IMG/VR virus record: IMGVR_UViG_3300031885_000005
Location: 1 to 64,000 of that record
From: a virus
Strand: one strand, 5' to 3'
Length of the DNA stretch: 64,000 nucleotides
A program made the position numbers and the translations under genes. Of this stretch, positions 10,209-19,276 are shown one piece after another. Numbering within the stretch: position 1 is the stretch's first letter; each line of letters opens with the position of its first letter. The notes under the pieces are model-generated. The model saw only the letters and a program-made list of their open reading frames with translations. It had not been told where the DNA came from and made no database searches.

Positions 10209-11147
10209 ATGGACACAGTTATTGAGAGAGCGTATCAGTTAATTAATACACCTATCGATTCTAACCTTAGAGTTCCTTTTGAGTTAGTAGATATTGTTGA
10301 TTATAACGAAGCTGAACCAGGTGAGACAGTAGAATATTTTGCTGCCGATAGTTCTGCGGTTGATGGAATTTATGAAGTTACTGATAGTGTTTTAACTTAT
10401 CATAAAATAGGCTTGAGAGATGCAGTTGCTATATCATTTACAGGTTTAAATTCCAAGTTAGAGACTATTTTACTTGATGAGATTATGAATTCTAAAGACC
10501 AGACAGCTTTAGCGGTAAAGAAAGATTCTATTATTCGTTCTATGGATAAAGATGAAATTCGTAGAGTTCTTGCTGCTATCGTAGCTCTTGATGGAGACAC
10601 AGGTGAAGCTAACCAGGAAGTTGAAGCTGAAACGGGAGATGATATTTTAAGGTTAATTATAAAAATGGCGAATAAAATTACTGATTATGCAACCGATTCA
10701 GTTCTTTTACTCGGCGCAGATGCTTATGCTAAGTATGTAGATTATGATTTGGACAATGCGGATAATTTTCATTTTCCATTTCCTATCGCTGCTGAATTAG
10801 CAAAAAGAGGAATTAATAAAATTATAAAAGTTATTGGTGAGTTGGATACTGGCGAAACTGGAGCAACACAACTCTTAGATGCAAAATTAGGCATTTTGGT
10901 TGGTCGTAATTCCAATTTGGTAAAAGGCAAACCAGTAAAGATGATGAGACGTAAATTTTCTGCCGAAATTGCTGCAAGAGCTGGTGCTAAAGAGGGTGAT
11001 GTTCGTTTAGTAAATATAGCTGATGTTCCTCAACCAGTTAATGGTGGAAACGTTTTGGGTTATGCGGTTTATGGTTATGAACAGTTAGCACAGGTTATTA
11101 CAAATTATAGAGCACTCTGCTGGTCAGATTTTACAAAAGTTCTATAA
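10209..11147 (+). CDS. Major capsid protein (probably HK97 fold)
   Basis: 312 aa, follows the protease/scaffold, acidic composition, C-terminal GYAVYGYEQLAQVITNY pattern, followed by a strong hairpin. Confidence 0.75.
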   Translation: MDTVIERAYQLINTPIDSNLRVPFELVDIVDYNEAEPGETVEYFAADSSAVDGIYEVTDSVLTYHKIGLRDAVAISFTGLNSKLETILLDEIMNSKDQTALAVKKDSIIRSMDKDEIRRVLAAIVALDGDTGEANQEVEAETGDDILRLIIKMANKITDYATDSVLLLGADAYAKYVDYDLDNADNFHFPFPIAAELAKRGINKIIKVIGELDTGETGATQLLDAKLGILVGRNSNLVKGKPVKMMRRKFSAEIAARAGAKEGDVRLVNIADVPQPVNGGNVLGYAVYGYEQLAQVITNYRALCWSDFTKVL

Positions 11148-11163
11148 TTTCTTTTAGTATAAA

Positions 11164-11185
11164 GGAGGGGGATTTTTCCCCCTCC
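11164..11185 (+). terminator. GC-rich hairpin after the MCP (terminator or stabiliser; no U-tract)
   Basis: GGAGGGGGA-TTTT-TCCCCCTCC, perfect 9-bp stem. Confidence 0.65.
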
Positions 11186-11210
11186 CCATAAATTTATACT
11201 GAAAGGGAAA

Positions 11211-11705
11211 ATGATACAACGCATAAATTATAAAAAATTAATTGACATTTATGATTTTGTTCTTACTTGTAAAGACCGATACGAAGACTTTTATATAACA
11301 AAAGAAAACAAAAGATTATTCTTAACCGATATAAAGATTGCAGAAAAAACGATAAAATATAATGAAATTTATGCTCTTTATAATAAAGGAATTCAGGGTC
11401 TTTTGATGATAACAAGGGATAAAGGCTTTCGCCCCTACTTAAAAATACTGGCAGTAGACTCCAAGATAGAATGGAACTTATTACGGTTTTTTTCTTGGAA
11501 CTTTTACGATGAAATCTACGCCAAATTAAAAATATCGAATCCATTGGTCAGGACATTGCAAAAGCAAAATAGAACAACTAAGAAATTAATTTTTGGATTT
11601 ATTAATAAAGGAAATCGGGGAGCAGAAGTTTTGCTCTTTCGCCCCAAACAAGAAAGAAGAATAATTAAAGGAGAAGAAAAAAATGACTCCGAATATAGTA
11701 CTTAA
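11211..11705 (+). CDS. Hypothetical basic protein
   Basis: 164-aa ORF in the head operon; no motif recognised. Confidence 0.5.
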   Translation: MIQRINYKKLIDIYDFVLTCKDRYEDFYITKENKRLFLTDIKIAEKTIKYNEIYALYNKGIQGLLMITRDKGFRPYLKILAVDSKIEWNLLRFFSWNFYDEIYAKLKISNPLVRTLQKQNRTTKKLIFGFINKGNRGAEVLLFRPKQERRIIKGEEKNDSEYST

Positions 11706-12279
11706 ACTTCGCAATTTGGTTCAAGATAACCTTAAATCTCGCAATTATAGTAGAACTTTTTATACTTCGAAAATTTTCTTACTCGAAGATGCCAATGTAA
11801 TTGACCCTGTAATTATTGAAAGAAACGGAGAAGAATGGGAAAGTGAAAATTATGAATACAATCATGATACTGGAAAATTAGTTATTCATGAAGTATCAAC
11901 AGGAGAAGAATTAGTTCCTGGAGAGAATTTAATAATTTCCTATAGTTGTTATGAAAAATATTCTACATCTGAATTAGAAACTTATATAAAAAATACTTTT
12001 TATTATTTGTCATTATTTGGGTATGAAACTTTTACTTTGGAAACTGGAGATACAATAGCCCCAGAACCTACAGAAGTCCAAGAAAATTTAATCGCTTTAG
12101 TGGCTTCTATTTTAATAAAGGGAACAATAAAGTCTTATCGTACACCTGAATTTACTATTCAATTTTCGGACAATTTATCCATAGAAGATAAAATAAAAAA
12201 ATTAGTAGATGATTTTGATAAGAGTTACGGAAATATTACATACATCGACCTTACAGAATCGGCATCCGACGAGGATTAA
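11683..12279 (+). CDS. Putative head-tail adaptor with an inserted beta domain
   Basis: Position; pattern LRNLVQD...YSTSELETYI...IKSYRTPEFTI. Confidence 0.5.
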   Translation: MTPNIVLKLRNLVQDNLKSRNYSRTFYTSKIFLLEDANVIDPVIIERNGEEWESENYEYNHDTGKLVIHEVSTGEELVPGENLIISYSCYEKYSTSELETYIKNTFYYLSLFGYETFTLETGDTIAPEPTEVQENLIALVASILIKGTIKSYRTPEFTIQFSDNLSIEDKIKKLVDDFDKSYGNITYIDLTESASDED

Positions 12280-12282
12280 AAA

Positions 12283-12435
12283 ATGGAAGAAAAAAGAGTG
12301 GTCGAAGTTTGGGATTGGTGGCTTGTCCGAGAAACCCAAATGGCTTATTGTCTTGGTTCTGTAGATGGTACTTTATATTTTTGTGAAAGTATGATTCAAG
12401 AATTACCAAAAGACGAGGAAGAAGATGCAAGATAA
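12283..12435 (+). CDS. 50-aa microprotein not in the ORF track
   Basis: MEEKRVVEVWDWWLVRETQMAYCLGSVDGTLYFCESMIQELPKDEEEDAR; SD GAGGA; fills the gap and overlaps the next start. Confidence 0.6.
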   Translation: MEEKRVVEVWDWWLVRETQMAYCLGSVDGTLYFCESMIQELPKDEEEDAR

Positions 12436-12805
12436 ACGAATAGATTTGTTTGGATTGTTAAAACAGGAAGGTAAACTTACTAAGATTTTAGTTATTCCTG
12501 GGATAGCAAAAGAAATTGACCCAATTTCCCATGAAAAAGGCGAAGAGTTATTAAATCCATTAGCAATCGATGCTTTTGTTAGACAAATAACTCCAGAAGC
12601 AATTGTTTGGAAATATTGGGGGCAAATCGAAAAAGATTCTTTGGAAATAATATGCGAAACCAGATGGTATGAAACTTTAAAAAGTGCAAAAAAAATTATA
12701 GTAAATGACCAGGAATACAAGACACTATTCTCGGATAAATCAGGATTTAATGTATTAAAAAGAGAGAATTATTTAATAGTTGTAATTGTTAGAGCGGATA
12801 AATAA
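12425..12805 (+). CDS. Putative head-closure protein
   Basis: 126 aa, beta-rich, neck-gene position. Confidence 0.45.
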   Translation: MQDKRIDLFGLLKQEGKLTKILVIPGIAKEIDPISHEKGEELLNPLAIDAFVRQITPEAIVWKYWGQIEKDSLEIICETRWYETLKSAKKIIVNDQEYKTLFSDKSGFNVLKRENYLIVVIVRADK

Positions 12806-13347
12806 TGCCACAAACATTTAGTATTAAAATTACAAAAAGAGGCAAAGACCTAAGACAATTTCTAAAAGAAATTTCTGGAAGAATCTATCCTGATTTGCAA
12901 AATGAAATTTTACTTTCTGCCGAGGCTACCGCAGATATAATGAGAAGAATTCTCGATGGTTCAGGTTATAATTTAAAAGCATTATCTGGAGCAATTGGAG
13001 TAGATATTCTTCGTTCAACAGGTGGTATTCATGTAGGAATAGGAAATATAGATTCTTTTCCATTAGGTCATGAAAGTGGAGCATCTTATTGGGAAGCATT
13101 TAATGATGGATTCAAAGTAACTCAAGCTAATATAGGCTATTTTGGTGATAGTTTTCGCAGACCAGAATCAGGTGGTTCAGGAGAGAAATGGCATCATACA
13201 GGAAAAGGTTCTGGATTCTTTTTAATGCAACCAAATAAAATAATTGAGCCTTTAAAATATGTTGATTTGGGATATGAGACTTTAGTTAAACATATAGAAA
13301 AAGAAATTTCAAAATTTGAAAAATCATTAGAATCGGCAGGAAAATAA
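12805..13347 (+). CDS. Putative neck protein (HK97 gp10-like)
   Basis: Position; TAATG overlap; YWEAFNDG and MQPNKIIEPLKY patterns. Confidence 0.45.
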   Translation: MPQTFSIKITKRGKDLRQFLKEISGRIYPDLQNEILLSAEATADIMRRILDGSGYNLKALSGAIGVDILRSTGGIHVGIGNIDSFPLGHESGASYWEAFNDGFKVTQANIGYFGDSFRRPESGGSGEKWHHTGKGSGFFLMQPNKIIEPLKYVDLGYETLVKHIEKEISKFEKSLESAGK

Positions 13348-13348
13348 A

Positions 13349-13843
13349 ATGTCAACAGAATCAAAATACGGAATTACAAGAAATATCGAAGCCTCAGTCA
13401 AAACTTGGCTTGAAGAAGAATTAGAAGACTATGGTTGGAAGTGTAGGGTTGAACTTGAGTTTTCCGAAGCATACAGAACTGCATTGCCTTTGCCATGTAT
13501 TGTAATCAATGCCGATGATAACCCAGATAAAAGAATAGAAATTGGAAGCAATCAATTATCTAATTATTTTAATATAGAGTTTAGAATTTTTGCTACAGGT
13601 AATGGACAACGACTCGACCTACGTGATTGGTTACGAGATAAAGTAATGGAAGGAATTCCTTATTATGAATTTGTTATAGATAATGATAATAATACAATAC
13701 AAAGCAACTCTCCTCTTGCAGGAAGAATAAGTATAATTGAAATTATTCAAAATAGACGAGAATTAAGAAATACTGACAACACCGACCAGAGGGATAGGTC
13801 GAGGCATTTACTTTCCTTCTCGACAAGAATAGTATTAATTTAA
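13349..13843 (+). CDS. Putative tail terminator/completion protein
   Basis: LPLPCIVI...IEFRIFA pattern; just upstream of the tail tube. Confidence 0.55.
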   Translation: MSTESKYGITRNIEASVKTWLEEELEDYGWKCRVELEFSEAYRTALPLPCIVINADDNPDKRIEIGSNQLSNYFNIEFRIFATGNGQRLDLRDWLRDKVMEGIPYYEFVIDNDNNTIQSNSPLAGRISIIEIIQNRRELRNTDNTDQRDRSRHLLSFSTRIVLI

Positions 13844-13853
13844 GGAGATAATT

Positions 13854-14072
13854 ATGAATTGGTTTTCATTAATAGGAGTTACTTTTTCGGTTTCTTCTGC
13901 TATTGTTAATGTAATTGTTTTATTAGCAGTTAAATTTAACGACCTCAAGCATGTTCAGAAGGATTTAGAAGAAATAAAAAAATCAATAGACTGTATTGAT
14001 AAAAAACTATATAAAAATGCAGAAAAGATTGGCGAAATTGAAGGTAGATGTTCTGCCAATCATCCGAAATAA
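13854..14072 (+). CDS. Single-TM coiled-coil protein (holin-like)
   Basis: N-terminal hydrophobic helix, then NDLKHVQ coiled coil; SD AAGGAG. Confidence 0.5.
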   Translation: MNWFSLIGVTFSVSSAIVNVIVLLAVKFNDLKHVQKDLEEIKKSIDCIDKKLYKNAEKIGEIEGRCSANHPK

Positions 14073-14081
14073 AAAAGATAA

Positions 14082-14212
14082 TAGTATGGTTGCTTGATAG
14101 ATATACAAGCGAATTCAAATTAGTATGGTATTACGATTCATTGATTAATTTTTTCTATGAAGAGAAAAATTTACCAATAATCAATGGCTAATGAAGAGCA
14201 AAAAATCGTAAT
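14082..14212 (+). ncRNA. Candidate structured cis-regulatory RNA in the tail-tube leader
   Basis: Nested stems ATTACGATT/AATCGTAAT and CATTGATTA/TAATCAATG; two hairpins with ATGAAG loops; TAGTATGGT direct repeat. Confidence 0.5.
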
Positions 14213-14239
14213 TAATTTTTAAACAAAGGAGATATAAAG

Positions 14240-15466
14240 ATGATAAAAGGAAATGCTACAGAACCAAGGGCATACCCTTGGAATTCAGCAAGACAACCTG
14301 AACAGATTAACCGCCTAAATGAATTAACGGGCAATGTTACTCTTAATCAGGAAAAGATGTATGAAGTTGGAAGAGCACTTAAACTTGGTGTTCGTAAACT
14401 TACTCCAGCAACTCCAATTACACTTAATCAAAATGAAAATCTTACTATGGATTTTTGGAGAGTACTGGCAAATAAAGTTGACCCAGGTACAGGCGGTGAA
14501 GTAAAAATTGATTTAGATGACATTAAGGGAGAAAGAATAGACATTAGTGCATCCCTTACTGATGAAGACGAATCATTTAAAGGTACTGTTTATTTTTCCA
14601 ATATGAGGGTAAATAATTTTGCTATTAATATCGGAAATCCAGATGCTAAAATAGAAAGAACTTTTGATTTAGTTGGAGAATATTGCAGAGTCATAGTTGA
14701 TAATTATTTGGCTTATGCGGAAAAAGTGGCTGTAGGCGCAAGTGAAGACATTACTTTTGGTGGAACAGGTGAACCTCCAGTTCCATTAGAAGATATTATT
14801 TTTAGAGTATTAAGAGTTAGTGACGATGCAGTTTCTGAAGTGGAATCTAATTCTTATTCTTATGTCGGGGAAACAGGTGGAATAGGAACTCTTACAGTAA
14901 CAGGATGTGAAGTAGATGATTTAATTAAAGTTTATTATCCTGCTGCGGATGCTTATACAGACCTTTGGGAAGATAATGTTATAGACCCCTTGGCGTGTTA
15001 TGCTGACCAATGTGAAATTTATTTAAGGATAGGAGAAGGTACTGCTCAAAAATTATACAGAATTCAGAGTGCAAATATTGCAGGAGCTTTTGATAGAAAA
15101 GATTATAAAGAAATAGGAAATAGAGATGTGGTTCAAACAGGAGTTAGTGCAAAAACAGTTACAGTAACATTAGGAAGAATTCTTGAAGATTTTACATTAG
15201 AACAAATCTTGGCTGATTTAGCAGACCCAAGCGATTCTAAAATAATAGATGTTGAAAAGTTATCTGCAAGTATTGGATTAGTTGTGAAAATGTATACAGA
15301 CAATTTGAAAACGGATTTTGCAATGGGAATTAGAATTGACAATTTATCACCCACTACATTAAAACCATTATCGGCGAAGCCCGAAGCCATGAACGAAGCA
15401 GAGAACGCTTTAGAGTCGGATAATTTTCTTGTAACTACATCAATTGATGATTTAGAATTAGTATAA
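14240..15466 (+). CDS. Major tail (tube) protein with an inserted central domain
   Basis: Strong SD; acidic 408-aa protein; two related halves (EKMYEVG and KDYKEIG); upstream of chaperones and tape measure; followed by a hairpin. Confidence 0.65.
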   Translation: MIKGNATEPRAYPWNSARQPEQINRLNELTGNVTLNQEKMYEVGRALKLGVRKLTPATPITLNQNENLTMDFWRVLANKVDPGTGGEVKIDLDDIKGERIDISASLTDEDESFKGTVYFSNMRVNNFAINIGNPDAKIERTFDLVGEYCRVIVDNYLAYAEKVAVGASEDITFGGTGEPPVPLEDIIFRVLRVSDDAVSEVESNSYSYVGETGGIGTLTVTGCEVDDLIKVYYPAADAYTDLWEDNVIDPLACYADQCEIYLRIGEGTAQKLYRIQSANIAGAFDRKDYKEIGNRDVVQTGVSAKTVTVTLGRILEDFTLEQILADLADPSDSKIIDVEKLSASIGLVVKMYTDNLKTDFAMGIRIDNLSPTTLKPLSAKPEAMNEAENALESDNFLVTTSIDDLELV

Positions 15467-15473
15467 TAAAATA

Positions 15474-15500
15474 GAGAGGGATAGAGAAATCTTCCCTCTC
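15474..15500 (+). terminator. GC-rich hairpin after the tail-tube gene
   Basis: GAGAGGGA...TCCCTCTC stem; no immediate U-tract. Confidence 0.6.
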
Positions 15501-15511
15501 CCAAAGTATTT

Positions 15512-15607
15512 TGTACGGTAAGGCATAATTAAAATTTCTCGAAATATTAAACACGCAGGGGAAGTGCCTTCTACCGTATATGGAAGAAGTAACACTTCCC
15601 TTTTTGC
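15512..15607 (+). ncRNA. Candidate pseudoknot or switch RNA
   Basis: P1 pairs 15512-15525 with 15565-15580; loop segment AGGGGAAG(TG) pairs with (CA)CTTCCCT at 15593-15601. Confidence 0.5.
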
Positions 15608-15621
15608 TAATGAGGAATAAA

Positions 15622-15882
15622 ATGTCTGACGAAAAATTAAATAATTTATTTGACCACATTATAAATAATGAAGCCAGGAAGACCGTAGGTATGACTCTGA
15701 AAAGAATAGAAATTTTTGTTGACCAAGCGCAAAAAGAAGGAAGGGATTATTTAACATTTAAGGAATTGGAATTGGTCAAATCCAGCATAAAAGAGGTAAT
15801 ATACGAGCAGTTTAGGAATGTGATAGATTTTATTAAAACAGGAAAATATTGTATGGAATTCAATCAAAAAAAGGAGAATTAA
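15622..15882 (+). CDS. Hypothetical protein in the tail-chaperone region
   Basis: The track starts at 15580, but SD GAGGA precedes ATG 15622 (MSDEKL). Confidence 0.55.
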   Translation: MSDEKLNNLFDHIINNEARKTVGMTLKRIEIFVDQAQKEGRDYLTFKELELVKSSIKEVIYEQFRNVIDFIKTGKYCMEFNQKKEN

Positions 15883-16530
15883 ATGGAAGAAAGTAAGGAA
15901 TTAATTAGAGTTGAAGAAGCACAGAAAATTGCTGAAGATTTAAAAGAAAAGTATGAGATAGAGAAACTCGCAGAAATGATAAAGAATAATTATATCTTAT
16001 TTACTTATAAAGATAAAGAATATAAAATTGGATTGCTCGACCAAAAAAGAAAAGACGAATTGGATTTGTTTCGTAGGCGTAAGTTTGGCGAATTATTGCA
16101 AGACAAGAACATTCTCTTTGAAAATGAAATGATTAAATTATACAAAGAAAAAGGAATTGATATAGAGGTAGAGATAAAAGAAAAAATCAAGAAAATAAAC
16201 ATAGAATTGAATGAGAATAATTTTAAGTTAGGAGAGGCTTTAGAGAAAAAAGACCCAGAATCTATTCTAAAAACTTATAGAGACGAAATAAAACGAATCC
16301 AGAATGAAATTGACGGATTGGTTATTCAAAAATCCAATTTGCTTGAGAATTCATTCGAAAAGACATTGGAAGGGCAAACGATAAAATATCTCTCTTATCT
16401 ATCTTTAGAAGTAAAAGTAGAAGATAAATTTGTGAAAGCCTTTGACAGTATAGATGAATTTTTGAAAACAGAAGATGAGTTAATCGGGAAGACAATAACA
16501 TACGCGATAACTATAAATTACAGAATATAA
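15883..16530 (+). CDS. Putative tail assembly chaperone
   Basis: Between tube and tape measure; coiled coil; SD AAGGAG. Confidence 0.5.
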   Translation: MEESKELIRVEEAQKIAEDLKEKYEIEKLAEMIKNNYILFTYKDKEYKIGLLDQKRKDELDLFRRRKFGELLQDKNILFENEMIKLYKEKGIDIEVEIKEKIKKINIELNENNFKLGEALEKKDPESILKTYRDEIKRIQNEIDGLVIQKSNLLENSFEKTLEGQTIKYLSYLSLEVKVEDKFVKAFDSIDEFLKTEDELIGKTITYAITINYRI

Positions 16531-16531
16531 A

Positions 16532-16861
16532 ATGTTAGAGAACACAATTAGAAAGTTAGCGAAGCAAATAGACCAACAAAATATTTTTGCTGCGAGTAAG
16601 GAACTACCTTCATTAAAAATATTCGAGAACGATAATAATTTAAATAAATTGCAACATATTTATTTGTCCTATCTATTCTTTTACTATAACTTGAATATGG
16701 ATGTTTCTTTAAAAAAAGTTTCAGATACCATCTTCAATAATGAAATAGATGAGGATGCTTATTATTATTATAAACAGAATAAATCTACAGAATCTATAGA
16801 TAAGGATGATAAGAACAAAGATATTCACCTGGTTTTTCCTAAATCTAAAAGAGGTAAATAA
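16532..16861 (+). CDS. Putative second tail assembly chaperone
   Basis: Immediately before the tape measure gene. Confidence 0.45.
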   Translation: MLENTIRKLAKQIDQQNIFAASKELPSLKIFENDNNLNKLQHIYLSYLFFYYNLNMDVSLKKVSDTIFNNEIDEDAYYYYKQNKSTESIDKDDKNKDIHLVFPKSKRGK

Positions 16862-16863
16862 AA

Positions 16864-19266
16864 ATGGAAGGAAAGTACACGCACTTAATCGACATAGTAT
16901 CTCAATATACCGAAAGAGGGAATGTTTCTGGAAAAGTAGAACAGATTACTAAAGCCCTCGAAGGTACAGAAAAAATAACTCCCAAACTATCTACTCAGAT
17001 GGAATCTGTTGCTACCGCTATGCAGGGAATAATTCCTCCTGAGATGCAAGGGAAATTAGAAGGAGTTTTTAAAACTTTTGAAGAAGGAAGTAAAGTAACT
17101 CAATTAAGTACAAGACAAGTTGATTTATTAAAGGATTCATTATTTAAAGCAGGGGCATCTAAAGACCAAGTTGGTGCAATTACTAAAAATTTACAAGAAA
17201 TGGGAGTGGTAACTAAATCATCTTCTGGTGCAATGGGGGATTTTGAAAGAGCAATGCGCAGAGCATTAATTGTTGCTCCTATATGGATGTTGACAAGAGA
17301 AATAATTAAACAGGTTACTAATTTTGTTAAAGAAGGTATACAATATTATTTAGAAACAGAAAAAGCAATTTTAAATGTTCGTTCTGCTATAGAAGAAATG
17401 GGGCAATCGGGAGGTTCTACTATATCCGAATTAACTGACCGATTTCGTTCTTTATCCGCAGAAACTGGAAAAACAACAGCAAGTATAGCAAATGTTTATG
17501 CTTCAATTAATCGAATTCTTGGTAATACAGAACAATCTTATTTAGCAACAAATGCAGCAGTAAAATTATCAGAAGCCACAGGAGTAGATGCAGCCAAAAT
17601 AGCAGAAACATTAGCTTTTATGTATAAATTACAGGGAGATTCTTTAAAAGGAGTTACTACAGATACACAAAAATTTCAAGAAATATCTGCATTATTATAT
17701 GCAACTCAGGCAAAGACTCCAGGGGGATTAGAAAAATTAATAACAGACATCAGGAATTTTGCTGCTACAATGAATCTTGCCGATTTTGGAATTGAAAATA
17801 CAGTAAAATTATTTGGTGCATTAGAATCGGCTGGAGTATCTTCGAGCCAAGTTTTAAGAACAGGAGTAATGAAAGTTTTAACTAATATGAATGAAGTATC
17901 AAAAATGTTAGGAATAACTCTTTCTGACAATATTACTCCCTTTGAGGCATTTATTTTAGTATTAGAGAAATTAGGAGCAAATCTAAAACCAGATAAATTA
18001 AATGTTAATACATTTGCAGTTATTAAAGATATTTTTGGACAAGGTGCGAGAGGTGCAGGTCAAGTTGCAGCGTTGGCGAAAGACATCGGTGCATTAAAAA
18101 GTGCTTTAGCAGGTGGCGGAGTTTCAGAAAGAGACCGTTATTTATATCAAAAACAATTAGATGATGTAAATGATTCTGCTCAACATCAAATAGAAATTTT
18201 TGGTAATTTAAAGAAACAAGCAGGAGAGGCATTTATTACAGGTATTATGGGCGGAGAAGACTTTGCAACAGCAATAAAAAATGCAAATAATCTTATGAAT
18301 GAATCTATAAGAGTTGCACAAAATTTAGGAATAGAATTTAATGTAGTGGCAAAGGCAATAAATATTATTTTATCATTAGGAACTTCTTCATTTACAGATG
18401 CAGCAAAAAAACGAGTCCAAGCAGCAAAAGACGAATACGATTTACAAACCAGAATACAAATGGCATTAAAAGGACAACTCACACTCCAAGAAGTAAATGC
18501 TTTGGCAGGAGAGGTTTCTGTATCTAATTTAATAAAAGAAGAAGGATTAAGACAAAGAGTATTGGATGCTTTGCAGCAACAATCAATCGCTGAAGCAAAA
18601 ACAGGAATTGAATCGGCAAAAAATAAAGAAATAGAAGAAGGCAGATTAGCTTTAGCAAAAGAAATACAAAAAGAAATAGAAAAACAAATTGGCTATGCTT
18701 CTTCTATTCTAAGTATTGCAGGAGAACAAGAATCTTCTATAATTAGGCAAGAAATGGCATTTAGAGCAATGACCGAAGGAGAATCTTATTTAAAAGATAC
18801 AATGAAAGATAGACTTAGATTGGCACAAGCATTGACTAAAGAAGCAGATGAACAAGAGAAAAGTTCTTCTCGATTAGTAGAATTATATAAAATAGCTAAA
18901 AAATATGGAAAGGATACTGCTCAAGAAGTTTCTGATTATCTTGCTGGAATTAAAAAATTTGGAGAATTAAGTCCCAGAGCAACAACTGCATTGAGAAGAG
19001 TAACTCCTGCTGAATTCGAAAGAGGAACTGCGGAAGAATATTTTAGGGGTAAAGGATTTCAATTTCCTGAACAAATCGAAAGAGAAAGAATTCGCCAAAG
19101 AAATATTCAAATTCTTCAAAACGTTATGGTAGAACCAATTCAATTAAATGTAAATCTTGAATCTGAAAATTTAATACAAAGAATAAAAGATGAAATAAAT
19201 AAAGAAGTAGACAAAATAGGTTCTAAATTGAATACTTCAGTACAACAACAAATAAAAGGTTATTAA
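16864..19266 (+). CDS. Tape measure protein
   Basis: 800-aa helical Ala/Gly-rich protein; AAVKLSEATGVD and DIFGQGARG TMP-core patterns. Confidence 0.85.
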   Translation: MEGKYTHLIDIVSQYTERGNVSGKVEQITKALEGTEKITPKLSTQMESVATAMQGIIPPEMQGKLEGVFKTFEEGSKVTQLSTRQVDLLKDSLFKAGASKDQVGAITKNLQEMGVVTKSSSGAMGDFERAMRRALIVAPIWMLTREIIKQVTNFVKEGIQYYLETEKAILNVRSAIEEMGQSGGSTISELTDRFRSLSAETGKTTASIANVYASINRILGNTEQSYLATNAAVKLSEATGVDAAKIAETLAFMYKLQGDSLKGVTTDTQKFQEISALLYATQAKTPGGLEKLITDIRNFAATMNLADFGIENTVKLFGALESAGVSSSQVLRTGVMKVLTNMNEVSKMLGITLSDNITPFEAFILVLEKLGANLKPDKLNVNTFAVIKDIFGQGARGAGQVAALAKDIGALKSALAGGGVSERDRYLYQKQLDDVNDSAQHQIEIFGNLKKQAGEAFITGIMGGEDFATAIKNANNLMNESIRVAQNLGIEFNVVAKAINIILSLGTSSFTDAAKKRVQAAKDEYDLQTRIQMALKGQLTLQEVNALAGEVSVSNLIKEEGLRQRVLDALQQQSIAEAKTGIESAKNKEIEEGRLALAKEIQKEIEKQIGYASSILSIAGEQESSIIRQEMAFRAMTEGESYLKDTMKDRLRLAQALTKEADEQEKSSSRLVELYKIAKKYGKDTAQEVSDYLAGIKKFGELSPRATTALRRVTPAEFERGTAEEYFRGKGFQFPEQIERERIRQRNIQILQNVMVEPIQLNVNLESENLIQRIKDEINKEVDKIGSKLNTSVQQQIKGY

Positions 19267-19276
19267 GGAGCAAATT

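Noticed and set aside
15867-15873. A AAA AAG slippery heptamer at the end of the first chaperone-region ORF (lambda G/GT-type frameshift)
   Set aside because: The -1 frame stops within about seven codons and the next ORF is in the 0 frame. The sequence is explained as the AAGGAG SD.
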